IMG/VR virus record: IMGVR_UViG_3300025167_000008
Span: 15,561 to 79,560 of that record
Length of the DNA stretch: 64,000 nt
Source: a virus
Strand: one strand, 5' to 3'
Below are positions 38,088 to 46,683 of this stretch, piece by piece; within the stretch, counting starts at the first letter, position 1; each line of letters begins with the position of its first letter. Under the pieces are notes generated by a model, which made no database searches, had not been told where the DNA came from, and worked only from the letters and a program-made list of their open reading frames with translations. The translations under genes and the position numbers were made by a program.

Positions 38088-38258
38088 ACTATGTAGGACT
38101 TTCAAGGGGTTTCAATATGAGGGCTAATAACCCAATGACCTGATAAAGCTGAAGTCGTGGTGGCTTTATCAAACGTGTAGTGGTGATGAAGGTATTAGAT
38201 TGTTCGATAAACTGAGCCACTTTAAGAACACGCAATTTAAATAGAACCACTGTATAGT
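38088..38258 (+). ncRNA. Candidate multi-stem structured ncRNA with juxtaposed box C and box D
   Basis: Closing stem ACTATGTAG/CTGTATAGT; hairpin TGATAAAGC/GCTTTATCA; nested CGTGT/ACACG and AGTGGT/GCCACT stems flanking GTGATGA...CTGA. Confidence 0.55.
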
Positions 38259-38287
38259 AATTATGTGAAAAGTATGAGTCATACATA

Positions 38288-38470
38288 ATGCCTTATACAA
38301 GAGTACCATATACCGACACTCGTAAAAAGCGACAAATTTTACGATATCGCCGATATGTGCGAAGAAAAGCACGAGGACATAGCCACCAAATATATGAAAT
38401 AAAGAACACAAAAGGGCTAATCGTGAGCAGATGTAGAATCTGCAAATTTCATTTTTTTAAATTTATATAA
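38288..38470 (+). CDS. Small Arg-rich protein
   Basis: RKKRQILRYRRYVRRKARGHSH...CRIC. Confidence 0.5.
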   Translation: MPYTRVPYTDTRKKRQILRYRRYVRRKARGHSHQIYEIKNTKGLIVSRCRICKFHFFKFI

Positions 38471-38492
38471 GGATGATATGTTATAGGATAGT

Positions 38493-38741
38493 ATGGCAAA
38501 TAGAGGAACCAAAAAGAGCAAACTATCTGAAAACCCTGAAAATTGGACTGGTAAGGAATTTAGAAAGTTCTTAGATAAATCACTTGATAAATTAGATGAC
38601 GAAGCGTCAGTATCAGTAAATAGAGGAACAGGGCAAATAAAAGTAAAAGACTTGAAAAAGAAAAAAGGCACTGACAGAAAGAAAGCCTCAAAAGGCAGAT
38701 ATGTTTCTACTGGAAGAGGAACTGGGCGAAGAAAGCTTTAA
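38493..38741 (+). CDS. Small highly basic protein
   Basis: Own TTTATATA at ~38462; KKKKGTDRKKASKGR...GRGTGRRKL tail. Confidence 0.65.
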   Translation: MANRGTKKSKLSENPENWTGKEFRKFLDKSLDKLDDEASVSVNRGTGQIKVKDLKKKKGTDRKKASKGRYVSTGRGTGRRKL

Positions 38742-38774
38742 AAAGTTATATACTAATTACATCCATTAATTATT

Positions 38775-39029
38775 ATGGCATTTCACTCAGAAAGAGCAAA
38801 AGCAGGAACTCGAAAGCAAATAGACTTACAGATTAAGACTATTAAGGCTAATATAGCAAGTTTAGAGAAAGAACATGTAAAAACTGAAAAATATTTAGGA
38901 AAAGGTCTTAATGATGCATTCATTAACAAAGCATTAAAAAACATTAATGCTACTATTGCACTAAAAGAGAAACAACTTGCAGATTACGAAGCAACACGAG
39001 CAAAATACGAAAAAGACGGACTAATTTAA
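38775..39029 (+). CDS. Small basic coiled-coil protein
   Basis: Own TATA; followed by T-tract. Confidence 0.65.
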   Translation: MAFHSERAKAGTRKQIDLQIKTIKANIASLEKEHVKTEKYLGKGLNDAFINKALKNINATIALKEKQLADYEATRAKYEKDGLI

Positions 39030-39055
39030 GTCTTCTTTTTATTTTTATTTTTATA
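39030..39055 (+). terminator. T-rich archaeal-type terminator
   Basis: GTCTTCTTTTTATTTTTATTTTT immediately after stop. Confidence 0.55.
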
Positions 39056-39160
39056 AGCAACCTCATGTAATGTAAATTGTGAGAGAGTCAGAGAACGACT
39101 GCGTGTCAAATGCGGTGTCCTTATCCGAAGAAAATTTATTAGGCTCTGCAACATTATATA

Positions 39161-39252
39161 ATAGATGTGGTAGTGTGAATTTGCATACTTGGATGACAAA
39201 TAAAACCTTAACATAGACAAGAGGACTGGAGTAATTACCCAGCCACATCTAT
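39161..39252. other. Three-way-junction-like inverted repeat element
   Basis: ATAGATGTGG/CCACATCTAT perfect 10-bp stem enclosing TTTGCAT/ATGACAAA and CTGG/CCAG hairpins. Confidence 0.5.
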
Positions 39253-39260
39253 CATATCAA

Positions 39261-39297
39261 ACAAGCATTTATATACCCCATAGTATATAAGATAATT
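39261..39297 (+). promoter_or_regulatory. Conserved palindromic TATA promoter, copy 3
   Basis: ACAAGCA TTTATATACCCC ATAGTATATAAG; ATG 30 nt downstream (39268 to 39298). Confidence 0.82.
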
Positions 39298-39762
39298 ATG
39301 AAAACAAAAAGTAATCGACCTGAAGTTCAAAAAGGTTTACAAATTTGTTTTAAAATCACCAATATGGTAAAAGAACAATTTCCTAACGAAGTATTTGCAA
39401 TCAAACAAAATTCTATTGTACCTTTTACTTCCAATAAAAGACTTTGTAATAATACTTCTTTGGGTGGTTCATTTGCTCATTTTCACAATACTAAACCTCA
39501 CAGAGTTTGTTGTAAACAAAACTTTCTTATTAATGGTAGAAATTGGCATAGTGAATACGAATTTGGTAGGCAAAAAAGAGGAACTGGATATTATGTAAAT
39601 GGAACACTTGGCTACGTGTTGTTAATAGTTCATGAATTAGCACATCATAGAACAAAGGGACATGGGAAGAAATGGGTTATTAAATGTAAGAAATTTCAAA
39701 ACTTTATGATAAATCAATTAATCAGTGGTGAATATTATAAGTATATATTACCTATTCATTAA
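39298..39762 (+). CDS. SprT/zincin-like metallopeptidase-motif protein
   Basis: LLIVHELAHHRTKGHGKKW (HExxH...H). Confidence 0.58.
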   Translation: MKTKSNRPEVQKGLQICFKITNMVKEQFPNEVFAIKQNSIVPFTSNKRLCNNTSLGGSFAHFHNTKPHRVCCKQNFLINGRNWHSEYEFGRQKRGTGYYVNGTLGYVLLIVHELAHHRTKGHGKKWVIKCKKFQNFMINQLISGEYYKYILPIH

Positions 39763-39890
39763 CTTATTATAATGAATGGAAAGCCGAAGGAAGAAAAAAT
39801 CGACTTAAAGGTTACACTTTTATTGGGTATTATACTAGGAGCGGTAGTATATGGAAGTATCAAAGTCGTCCAAATGGGAGGTCTTCATCC

Positions 39891-40205
39891 ATGACTGAAA
39901 CATTATATAAAGGATTGGTTGGAAATGCCAAATCGATAATGGCTCATTTACCAAAAGAGAATTGGTTTCATACATATGCATTGTGGTTAGCAAATGAAAC
40001 TAAACCATTTACAAAAGAAGAATGCAAAAAAGCACAAAAAATAGCAGATGAAATGTCTCATTGGGTTAATTGTCAACATCATTCAGGTGGTTCTCATATG
40101 GTTTTACTTCAATATACTTTGGATTATCTTGGTGCTCGTACTATGTCTGAAGTAGAATTGGCTTATATGAGAGAAAACAAGGAGTTTGGTAAAAAAGATG
40201 ATTGA
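39891..40205 (+). CDS. Hypothetical protein
   Basis: GGAGG SD; ATGA-coupled. Confidence 0.55.
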   Translation: MTETLYKGLVGNAKSIMAHLPKENWFHTYALWLANETKPFTKEECKKAQKIADEMSHWVNCQHHSGGSHMVLLQYTLDYLGARTMSEVELAYMRENKEFGKKDD

Positions 40206-40512
40206 TTTTAACACAATAATAAGAAACCCAACACCTGACAACGCATTTAGTTTATGGAATTTTATGGTTCCTAATGAAGTTAAAGGCATTATGCCAGATG
40301 TATTAAGTGGAATAAATTCTGGAGAAGATACCACACAGTTAGCAAATCAAACAGTTTTCAAAATAATAGATGTGGTAGAAGAAAGAGTATTAAAAGAAGG
40401 AGTGGATCATGTATTTCAAAACGGAATAGCAGATAGAATAATGGACATGATGACTGGGCAATATATGGTTAGTATATTCGAAAGAGTCGCAAATATGCTT
40501 GTTGGAGCATAA
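40186..40512 (+). CDS. Hypothetical protein
   Basis: Overlaps upstream gene; probable ATG 40198. Confidence 0.5.
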   Translation: MVKKMIDFNTIIRNPTPDNAFSLWNFMVPNEVKGIMPDVLSGINSGEDTTQLANQTVFKIIDVVEERVLKEGVDHVFQNGIADRIMDMMTGQYMVSIFERVANMLVGA

Positions 40513-40569
40513 TCAGGCACGGCTAAGCGTGAGTTTAAGTTTAAATACTACATTCAAGAAGTCAAGTCT

Positions 40570-40749
40570 ATGGTAAGCAAATCATGGTTAGTCACCGTAA
40601 CACCATTAGTCATAGCTGTAGTAACATTCCTAAAATCGTTTGTCTATGGTACAGATCTGACTGAATCAGAACTTGAATTAATCAAGCTAGCTGTTGGTGC
40701 ATTTGTAGGTTCAGGTGCAATAGGAGCCTATTTGTCTGCAAGGGCATAA
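40570..40749 (+). CDS. 59-aa two-TM membrane protein (holin-like; not in ORF track)
   Basis: MVSKSWLVTVTPLVIAVVTFLKSFVYG...LAVGAFVGSGAIGAYLSARA; TTTAAATA 30 nt upstream; terminator downstream. Confidence 0.7.
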   Translation: MVSKSWLVTVTPLVIAVVTFLKSFVYGTDLTESELELIKLAVGAFVGSGAIGAYLSARA

Positions 40750-40753
40750 GTAA

Positions 40754-40790
40754 AGAGTAGGTAATACTCTAATTTTTTCTTTTTTTTATT
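40754..40790 (+). terminator. Hairpin plus T-tract terminator
   Basis: AGAGTA-GGTAA-TACTCT then AATTTTTTCTTTTTTTT. Confidence 0.6.
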
Positions 40791-40829
40791 ATCATTATGT
40801 TTATAAAGGAGTAAATATAATTTATTTTT

Positions 40830-40893
40830 GGTGATAAGGTAGGATATTCGCTGATAGGGCGTAAGTACCATCCGTCTATTCTACTATATCACC
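40830..40893 (+). ncRNA. Candidate small hairpin ncRNA
   Basis: GGTGATA/TATCACC closing stem, inner GTAG/CTAC and ATAG/CTAT pairings; TTTATAAA about 30 nt upstream; no ORF. Confidence 0.4.
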
Positions 40894-41089
40894 ATATAAG
40901 TTAATATTATTGATTAGGCTAAACTAAGCATTGGAAGATAGTGGCAAAAGAACAGATTATGATTTACCATGTAGGCTATGTAGAAAAGAAAAGGCATCAG
41001 CTCTTGGAGTAATTTGTGTTGATTGTTTAAAGAGATATGGTTTTATAAAGTGACAATACGGTTATATAGAGATTAATGGCAGATAAGGT

Positions 41090-41548
41090 ATGCCAGCTAA
41101 TCAGATAATTCATGATATATGGATAGGTGATTTAGAGGACGCTCTAGTATGGGATGGTAACTTATTATGTGTTTTAGAAACTAGACCTGAAAGACTACCA
41201 GTAGATGCATTACATATTCCTATTCTGGCATTAAGATTTGAAAAAACATTCATGAAAGATAAAGATGGAAATGATACCAATTACCAAATATCTGGATTTG
41301 TTGATAGAGCATTACCAGTACAATTAGACGCAGTTGCACATGTTATTCAAAACCATATAGACGCAAAAGAAAGGCTAATGGTTCATTGTGGGGCTGGGAT
41401 GGAACGAAGTCCGTTAGCATTAACATGGTACTTACACACTAGAATGGGTCTTACATTAGAAGATGCATTTGCGTTAGTAAAGACAAAAAGACCACAAGCA
41501 CAGAACAGATTAGAATGGTTAAATATCAGCAATCCATTAAACAAGTAA
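41090..41548 (+). CDS. Dual-specificity protein phosphatase
   Basis: IWIGD, LMVHCGAGMERS (HCxxGxxRS), AFALVKTKRP. Confidence 0.88.
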   Translation: MPANQIIHDIWIGDLEDALVWDGNLLCVLETRPERLPVDALHIPILALRFEKTFMKDKDGNDTNYQISGFVDRALPVQLDAVAHVIQNHIDAKERLMVHCGAGMERSPLALTWYLHTRMGLTLEDAFALVKTKRPQAQNRLEWLNISNPLNK

Positions 41549-41823
41549 TGGGTAGTGAAGACTGGCGGGATTGGGAAATAGATGAATGGAACATTAGACC
41601 AAGATTCAAAGGAGAAGATTTAACTAAAAAACGACAACTAAAGAAAGCCGAAGAACTAACAAGGGACGATGTATTAGGAGCAAGACATCATATAAAAGAA
41701 GTCTATTGTAAAGTTTGTGAAAAAGAATGGAATCGTGGAGCAATAAATGTTTGTAATGAATGTATCGAATATTATTGCGATGAACACATAACTAGACATC
41801 CAAATTGTACTAATGGTCGATAA
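41548..41823 (+). CDS. Hypothetical protein with Cys/His zinc-binding C-terminus
   Basis: CKVC...CNEC..YYCDEH..RHPNC; ATG 41548 coupled to upstream stop (track start 41515). Confidence 0.55.
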   Translation: MGSEDWRDWEIDEWNIRPRFKGEDLTKKRQLKKAEELTRDDVLGARHHIKEVYCKVCEKEWNRGAINVCNECIEYYCDEHITRHPNCTNGR

Positions 41824-41969
41824 AAATTGAAATGTTGTAATAGATTTTGCAATGAAAAAGCAACCAATAGGGTTGGTTTAGGTGGTTTGTTTCATTATGT
41901 ATGTTTTGATCATGCCATGGATTCTACATTTGACTAATTAGTTAAATACTACTTCATTATAACTACTTT

Positions 41970-42194
41970 ATGGCAACTGTATTTATAATTGATGGAAAAC
42001 CACAAATGAAACAGCGATTACCATATATTCCACGAGAAGGTGAAGTAGTAGAAATTGTTTCACCCAATGAAATTGGTGTTTATGTGGTTGATTTGATTCA
42101 ACATAGAATTGATCTGAAAAGTACTATAGGCGTTGTAGATACGATGGTTCACATTACTAAAACTGAAAAAAAGAAAACAAAAAAGAGTGATTAA
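41970..42194 (+). CDS. Small beta protein, IPREGE family
   Basis: PYIPREGEVVEI; similar to 59212..59442. Confidence 0.55.
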   Translation: MATVFIIDGKPQMKQRLPYIPREGEVVEIVSPNEIGVYVVDLIQHRIDLKSTIGVVDTMVHITKTEKKKTKKSD

Positions 42195-42551
42195 ATGGTT
42201 GGTTCCATTATTGGAAACATAAAAAACTCTGTTTGTGGTTGGGATGGCAAAATTTTAGGTAAGGGTTCATCTAAACAAGGACATTCTCACAAAGAACTTA
42301 TGAAGTGTTTATACAAAAGTAATATGGAACTAAGTAAATCTATGCAAATATCTAGAAAGTTAGAAGAAGAGGTAAAAGCACTTCAAGAACAACTTGCCCA
42401 TTATATTATCAAAGAACAAAAGGAAAAAGAAAATACAGGATTAATGGATGTAAAAGAAGTAATAAATGTAGATGATAGTAAAACTGAGGCAAAAGACCTT
42501 TTAGAAGCAGAATCAATAATAGATGAATCACTTGGAAACAATACCGCATAA
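42195..42551 (+). CDS. Coiled-coil hypothetical protein
   Basis: ELSKSMQISRKLEEEVKALQEQL heptads. Confidence 0.5.
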   Translation: MVGSIIGNIKNSVCGWDGKILGKGSSKQGHSHKELMKCLYKSNMELSKSMQISRKLEEEVKALQEQLAHYIIKEQKEKENTGLMDVKEVINVDDSKTEAKDLLEAESIIDESLGNNTA

Positions 42552-42771
42552 GTATTTGATATCGAAAGGAATATCTTTTCCTATTTTAGAGGAAGGAGAT
42601 CCAGTACCAGTAATACAATTAGAATGTTATGAATACATAATAAAAGAAGGTGAAGATGGATGGTACTCAGCAGAATGTGAAGAATTACATGCCATAACTC
42701 AAGGAAAAACATGGGACGAAATAAAGAATAATATACTAGAAGTTCATTCCTTAATGTTAGAGGCACAATGA
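42523..42771 (+). CDS. hicB: HicB-family antitoxin domain protein (orphan)
   Basis: YIIKEGEDGWYSAECEELHAITQGKTWDEIKNNILEV. Confidence 0.75.
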   Translation: MNHLETIPHKYLISKGISFPILEEGDPVPVIQLECYEYIIKEGEDGWYSAECEELHAITQGKTWDEIKNNILEVHSLMLEAQ

Positions 42772-43049
42772 TATTAAACCACGAAAAAAATACAGATCCC
42801 ACTCTTTATGAAGCAAGAGTAGGTTGTATGAATTGTGATGCAGTTAAAGTAATGGGAATAAAAAAAGGTAAGTCAGTTGATGACTGGTTAAAAACAGAAA
42901 AAATTAAATGTCCTTCATGCGAGTGTCTAGAAACACTCCAGTCATGGAAACAATATCTGGCAGGAAGAGCAATGATAACACAAATTGTAAAAATGTCTGA
43001 AAAAGAAGAAGATATTGAAGGAAAAGGAAGGTTAGGTCACTTTGGCTGA
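42768..43049 (+). CDS. Zinc-ribbon protein
   Basis: CMNC...CPSCEC. Confidence 0.6.
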   Translation: MILNHEKNTDPTLYEARVGCMNCDAVKVMGIKKGKSVDDWLKTEKIKCPSCECLETLQSWKQYLAGRAMITQIVKMSEKEEDIEGKGRLGHFG

Positions 43050-43176
43050 GAGATGCCCACAATGTGGTAAAAAAATGTGGAATATGCAAACTTGTCATTT
43101 GTTTTGTGGAAATTGTGGTGCTCATTTAGATTGTGCTGATAAAGGATGTTCTAATAATCCCGAATCAACATGGTAG
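43042..43176 (+). CDS. 44-aa CPxCG micro zinc-finger (not in ORF track)
   Basis: MAERCPQCGKKMWNMQTCHLFCGNCGAHLDCADKG; TTG start overlapping upstream stop. Confidence 0.6.
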   Translation: MAERCPQCGKKMWNMQTCHLFCGNCGAHLDCADKGCSNNPESTW

Positions 43177-43562
43177 ATATAAATCTTTTTCATCAAATTA
43201 ATCTTTAAATGTTATTAGTGTTATACACTTTTATGATTACTAATCATTGTAACAATGATATGCATAATCTTTGTAATAAACCAGTAAGCTGTGAATGTAA
43301 ATGCCATAAAAATAGATGGGGTACATATCGTGTAGGTGGTGGTTAATGATGAATAACGAACTTCCTAAAGGTGGTGGTATATGTTTTATATGTAATGAAC
43401 CATGCTTACCACTTCATTATACACACCCGCAGTGCAGAATAGATTTTCAAAAAATTGAAAAAAGATGATTAGCTTTGACTAAGTATTGTGCAGAATGTGG
43501 AAAAGAAACAAATATTACCTATAAGAATATATGTTTGTCTTGTCAAATGAAAGTGAACAAAG

Positions 43563-44027
43563 ATGGTTAAACAAACGTTTTCTATATTTAAAGAGAAGTT
43601 TACACAAACAGATTTGGATAGAATAGATCCAAGAATAAAAAAATATCTCGATGGATGGAAATTAGTTGAACTTTATAAAGGAAAAGTAGTAACTCTTCCA
43701 CCTGATTGGAATTCTGAGATATTTCCATACAAATATTGTGAAGTCTATAAGGATGCAAACAGTCCAAATCCCGGCGAAGAAGAGAACGAAATTCAATTAT
43801 ATTTATCATGTGGATGGCGTGGATATGACGATGAAGTTGTAATTGTTTTAATGATTGTAGGAACTAATGTATTAAATGGTACAGATAAGGTAAGTGCAGA
43901 AATACATAAAATGAGTGGTGCATCTATGAAATTATATAAGAATAATAAACTAATCACTGACTTTACAAAACAAAGCTTTTGGCGAAAAGAATCATTGGAT
44001 AAGGTTTGGATTGAACGCTTGGACTAG
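43563..44027 (+). CDS. Hypothetical protein
   Basis: 154-aa ORF with normal composition. Confidence 0.55.
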   Translation: MVKQTFSIFKEKFTQTDLDRIDPRIKKYLDGWKLVELYKGKVVTLPPDWNSEIFPYKYCEVYKDANSPNPGEEENEIQLYLSCGWRGYDDEVVIVLMIVGTNVLNGTDKVSAEIHKMSGASMKLYKNNKLITDFTKQSFWRKESLDKVWIERLD

Positions 44028-44280
44028 CTTTTGGAACTGGTACGAAAATAAGGTACTTGGTTCAGTAATTATTATTGCAATTATTCAAATAATTCAAATC
44101 CCACACATGATTTGGAATCTTGACCTTTATCTACAATGGGGACAAATTTCTAGAGTAAATCCTGTATTAGATTGGCTCTTATACGGTGTGGATTTGATTG
44201 AAATAGTATCAATTATTCAAGTATCATTTATATTATACTCAATGATTAGAAAGAGGTTGAAGAGAAAATGCCAAAAATAA
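44011..44280 (+). CDS. Two-TM membrane protein
   Basis: Hydrophobic helices VLGSVIIIAIIQIIQI and LIEIVSIIQVSFILYSMI, basic C-tail. Confidence 0.65.
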   Translation: MNAWTSFWNWYENKVLGSVIIIAIIQIIQIPHMIWNLDLYLQWGQISRVNPVLDWLLYGVDLIEIVSIIQVSFILYSMIRKRLKRKCQK

Positions 44281-44912
44281 TAATTAAGGTAAAGGAAGAG
44301 TATTTAGTATTAGTTCCAAGACCAACAAAAGAAGAACGTATGGCATTAAAAGAAGATATAATGCTACGCGGACAACATGATCCAATAGTAATTAATAGAG
44401 ATGGATTCATATTAGATGGATATACAAGATATGAAATTTGTCAAGAACTTGGAATAGAAGTTAAATATAGAATACAAGAATTTGCAACAAAAGAAGAGGA
44501 AAAAAGATATGTAATAAACTGCAATGTAAGAAGAAGACATCTGAATGCATTTCAACGAGTAGGATTAATGTACGACATGTATGTTATGGAAAAAGCACTT
44601 GCATTAAAAAGACATTATGGTAATAAAGATTATAACGGCATAAAAAGAGGAAATGTAGGTGACATAGTAGGAAAAACGATAGGAGTAAATGGTATGACAG
44701 TATCAAAATCAGTATACATAATGGAACATGCAAGTACTGAAATACAGGATAAGGTAAAAAATGGGAAAATAAGTATAGAAAAAGCCTATCTTGATTTAAA
44801 AAACCTCAGTCATGCAAGAATACTTCGTAAAAGCTATATCAAGAATGAAACAAAGTTAATATGTCCTCATTGTCAACAAATATCAAAGAAAAAAGAGTGG
44901 AAAATAGCATGA
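44268..44912 (+). CDS. ParB/Srx-like domain protein with HTH
   Basis: LKEDI..RGQHDPIVI...ILDGYTRYEIC, NVRRRHLN..QR, HTH region, ISIEKAY. Confidence 0.8.
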   Translation: MPKIIIKVKEEYLVLVPRPTKEERMALKEDIMLRGQHDPIVINRDGFILDGYTRYEICQELGIEVKYRIQEFATKEEEKRYVINCNVRRRHLNAFQRVGLMYDMYVMEKALALKRHYGNKDYNGIKRGNVGDIVGKTIGVNGMTVSKSVYIMEHASTEIQDKVKNGKISIEKAYLDLKNLSHARILRKSYIKNETKLICPHCQQISKKKEWKIA

Positions 44913-45151
44913 CTGAACAAACAAAACTAGACTTGCGTGGGCTTTTTGTGCCAGAGACTTTGTTTAAAATAGAAATAGAAATGAGTAAAATGGAAGACGG
45001 TGATACTGTATTAATACTAACAGATGACCTTAACTCGGAAGAATGGGTAATAAGATGGGCTCACAAAAATGGTCATGAGTTAATAGCATCAGAGAAAGTT
45101 GCAACTGGATTAAACATAACATTAAAGAAAGGTGGGTATTCTATACAATGA
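44909..45151 (+). CDS. TusA/SirA-like protein lacking the catalytic Cys
   Basis: LDLRGLFVPE...M..GD.V.ILTDD...W...NGHEL...LKK; canonical CP is VP; ATG 44909 preferred over track start 44861. Confidence 0.7.
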   Translation: MTEQTKLDLRGLFVPETLFKIEIEMSKMEDGDTVLILTDDLNSEEWVIRWAHKNGHELIASEKVATGLNITLKKGGYSIQ

Positions 45152-45306
45152 AATGCTGGTTTTGTGTAAAAGAAAGGCATAAGGATTGTATGAGAATTAT
45201 TCCAGAAAGTGCAATACAGATAAAAGGAATTAAGGAGGATTGTTCATTCGATGTTGTTAATATACCTTGTGAGTGTTTTGAATCAGACAGAAAATTACAT
45301 GAATAA
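45148..45306 (+). CDS. 52-aa Cys/His micro protein (not in ORF track)
   Basis: MKCWFC...HKDC...PCEC. Confidence 0.55.
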   Translation: MKCWFCVKERHKDCMRIIPESAIQIKGIKEDCSFDVVNIPCECFESDRKLHE

Positions 45307-45320
45307 TTGTTATTTTGTAC

Positions 45321-45359
45321 AAACAAGGGTTTATATACCCTATAGTATATAGGTATAAT
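45321..45359 (+). promoter_or_regulatory. Conserved palindromic TATA promoter, copy 4
   Basis: ACAAGGG TTTATATACCCT ATAGTATATAGG; ATG 30 nt downstream (45330 to 45360). Confidence 0.82.
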
Positions 45360-45494
45360 ATGAATCAAAAAGAAGCACAAGATTTGATCAAGGAATTGCG
45401 AGAGATTGGAGCCATTGTTGATTTTAGACCAGCACGGGCAAAAGAACGACTTGATCAAGTGATTGCAACTTTACGGAATGGGATAACTTCATGA
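45360..45494 (+). CDS. 44-aa leader protein (not in ORF track)
   Basis: MNQKEAQDLIKELREIG...; leaderless start, ATGA-coupled to helicase. Confidence 0.6.
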   Translation: MNQKEAQDLIKELREIGAIVDFRPARAKERLDQVIATLRNGITS

Positions 45495-46651
45495 GTGTTA
45501 ATCTTCGTGACTATCAAACTGATGCAAAAGACAAGTTCTTTAATGCTAACAAACGGGGGACATTTTTATTCGCAACAGGAACGGGCAAAACCGAAATAGC
45601 AATAGGAATCATGGAACAATACTTACAAGAACGAAAAGAAGTTAAAATCTTGTTTCTTGCTCCTAGAATAACATTAGTAGAACAAACCACTGAACGAATA
45701 AGGGGTTATGGTTTAATTGCTGGCTCATATTATTCACTTGAAAAGGAATTAGAGCAACCAATAATTGTTTCAACTTATCAAAGCATTAGTAATGAATTAC
45801 ATCTTATCAATGAGTTTGACTTTATTGTTTTTGATGAAGTACATTTGGCTTCTGATTATGCTGAGAAATTCAGTGAAATAATGAAAGTTGCTGATGATCA
45901 AGGCTTGCATATGTTATGTTTAACCGCTACTTTGGATAAATTCAATTATGAACGATTTGGTACAATTCTACGAACTTGTCCAGTATTAGGCGAAATAGAT
46001 TTGAATGATGCCATTAACAATGATTATCTTTCTCCAGTCGTAGTTGAAGATCATAGCGTCAATCTTTCACCTGAAAGTCAAAGACTTTACAATGAATACA
46101 GTAATGCAATTAAAAATTTAAGTGATGCATTAGGTACATCAAATCCGCGAGATATACAACGAATGCTTGGACGGGTAAGAGAAGCAGGAATGTGGTTTAA
46201 AACAGTTCAAGCAAGAAAGCTTCTTATGGAATATAATCATGAAAAAGCAGATAAAGTATTAGAATTAGTAAAAACCTTCAATGGTGAACAAACCATAATA
46301 TTTTGTGAAAGAACAAAGACATTAGAATTACTCAAGGAAAAAATGGGTGATTGTTTTGAATTCATTACAGCAAAAACGGGGAAGAAAAAGAGAAGAGAAA
46401 TACTTGAAAACTTTGGTAAAACATTTCATGTAATTGGCACAGTTCACACATTAGACTTAGGTTATGATGTACCAAACATACGACACGGAATCATAGTGGC
46501 TAGCAATAAGAATGAAACTACCATAGTTCAGCGTATCGGGCGTGTGGTTAGAAAAGCAGAAGGTAAGACTTTATCAAAAATTTATGTCATTTACGCAAAA
46601 GGAACACACGAACAAGGCTTATTCCAAAAAATCAAAGACGCGGTAAAATAG
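45491..46651 (+). CDS. Superfamily 2 helicase (XPB/Rad25/UvsW-like)
   Basis: LRDYQ, ATGTGKT, ILFLAP, VFDEVH, LTAT, IIFC, LGYDVP, QRIGRVVR. Confidence 0.92.
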   Translation: MSVNLRDYQTDAKDKFFNANKRGTFLFATGTGKTEIAIGIMEQYLQERKEVKILFLAPRITLVEQTTERIRGYGLIAGSYYSLEKELEQPIIVSTYQSISNELHLINEFDFIVFDEVHLASDYAEKFSEIMKVADDQGLHMLCLTATLDKFNYERFGTILRTCPVLGEIDLNDAINNDYLSPVVVEDHSVNLSPESQRLYNEYSNAIKNLSDALGTSNPRDIQRMLGRVREAGMWFKTVQARKLLMEYNHEKADKVLELVKTFNGEQTIIFCERTKTLELLKEKMGDCFEFITAKTGKKKRREILENFGKTFHVIGTVHTLDLGYDVPNIRHGIIVASNKNETTIVQRIGRVVRKAEGKTLSKIYVIYAKGTHEQGLFQKIKDAVK

Positions 46652-46683
46652 TTTATATTACGGCAAAAACCTATAATAGTGAT

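Noticed and set aside
44011-44280. amoC or other ammonia monooxygenase auxiliary gene
   Set aside because: Too short and lacks AmoC metal-binding motifs; no amo gene recognised in the window
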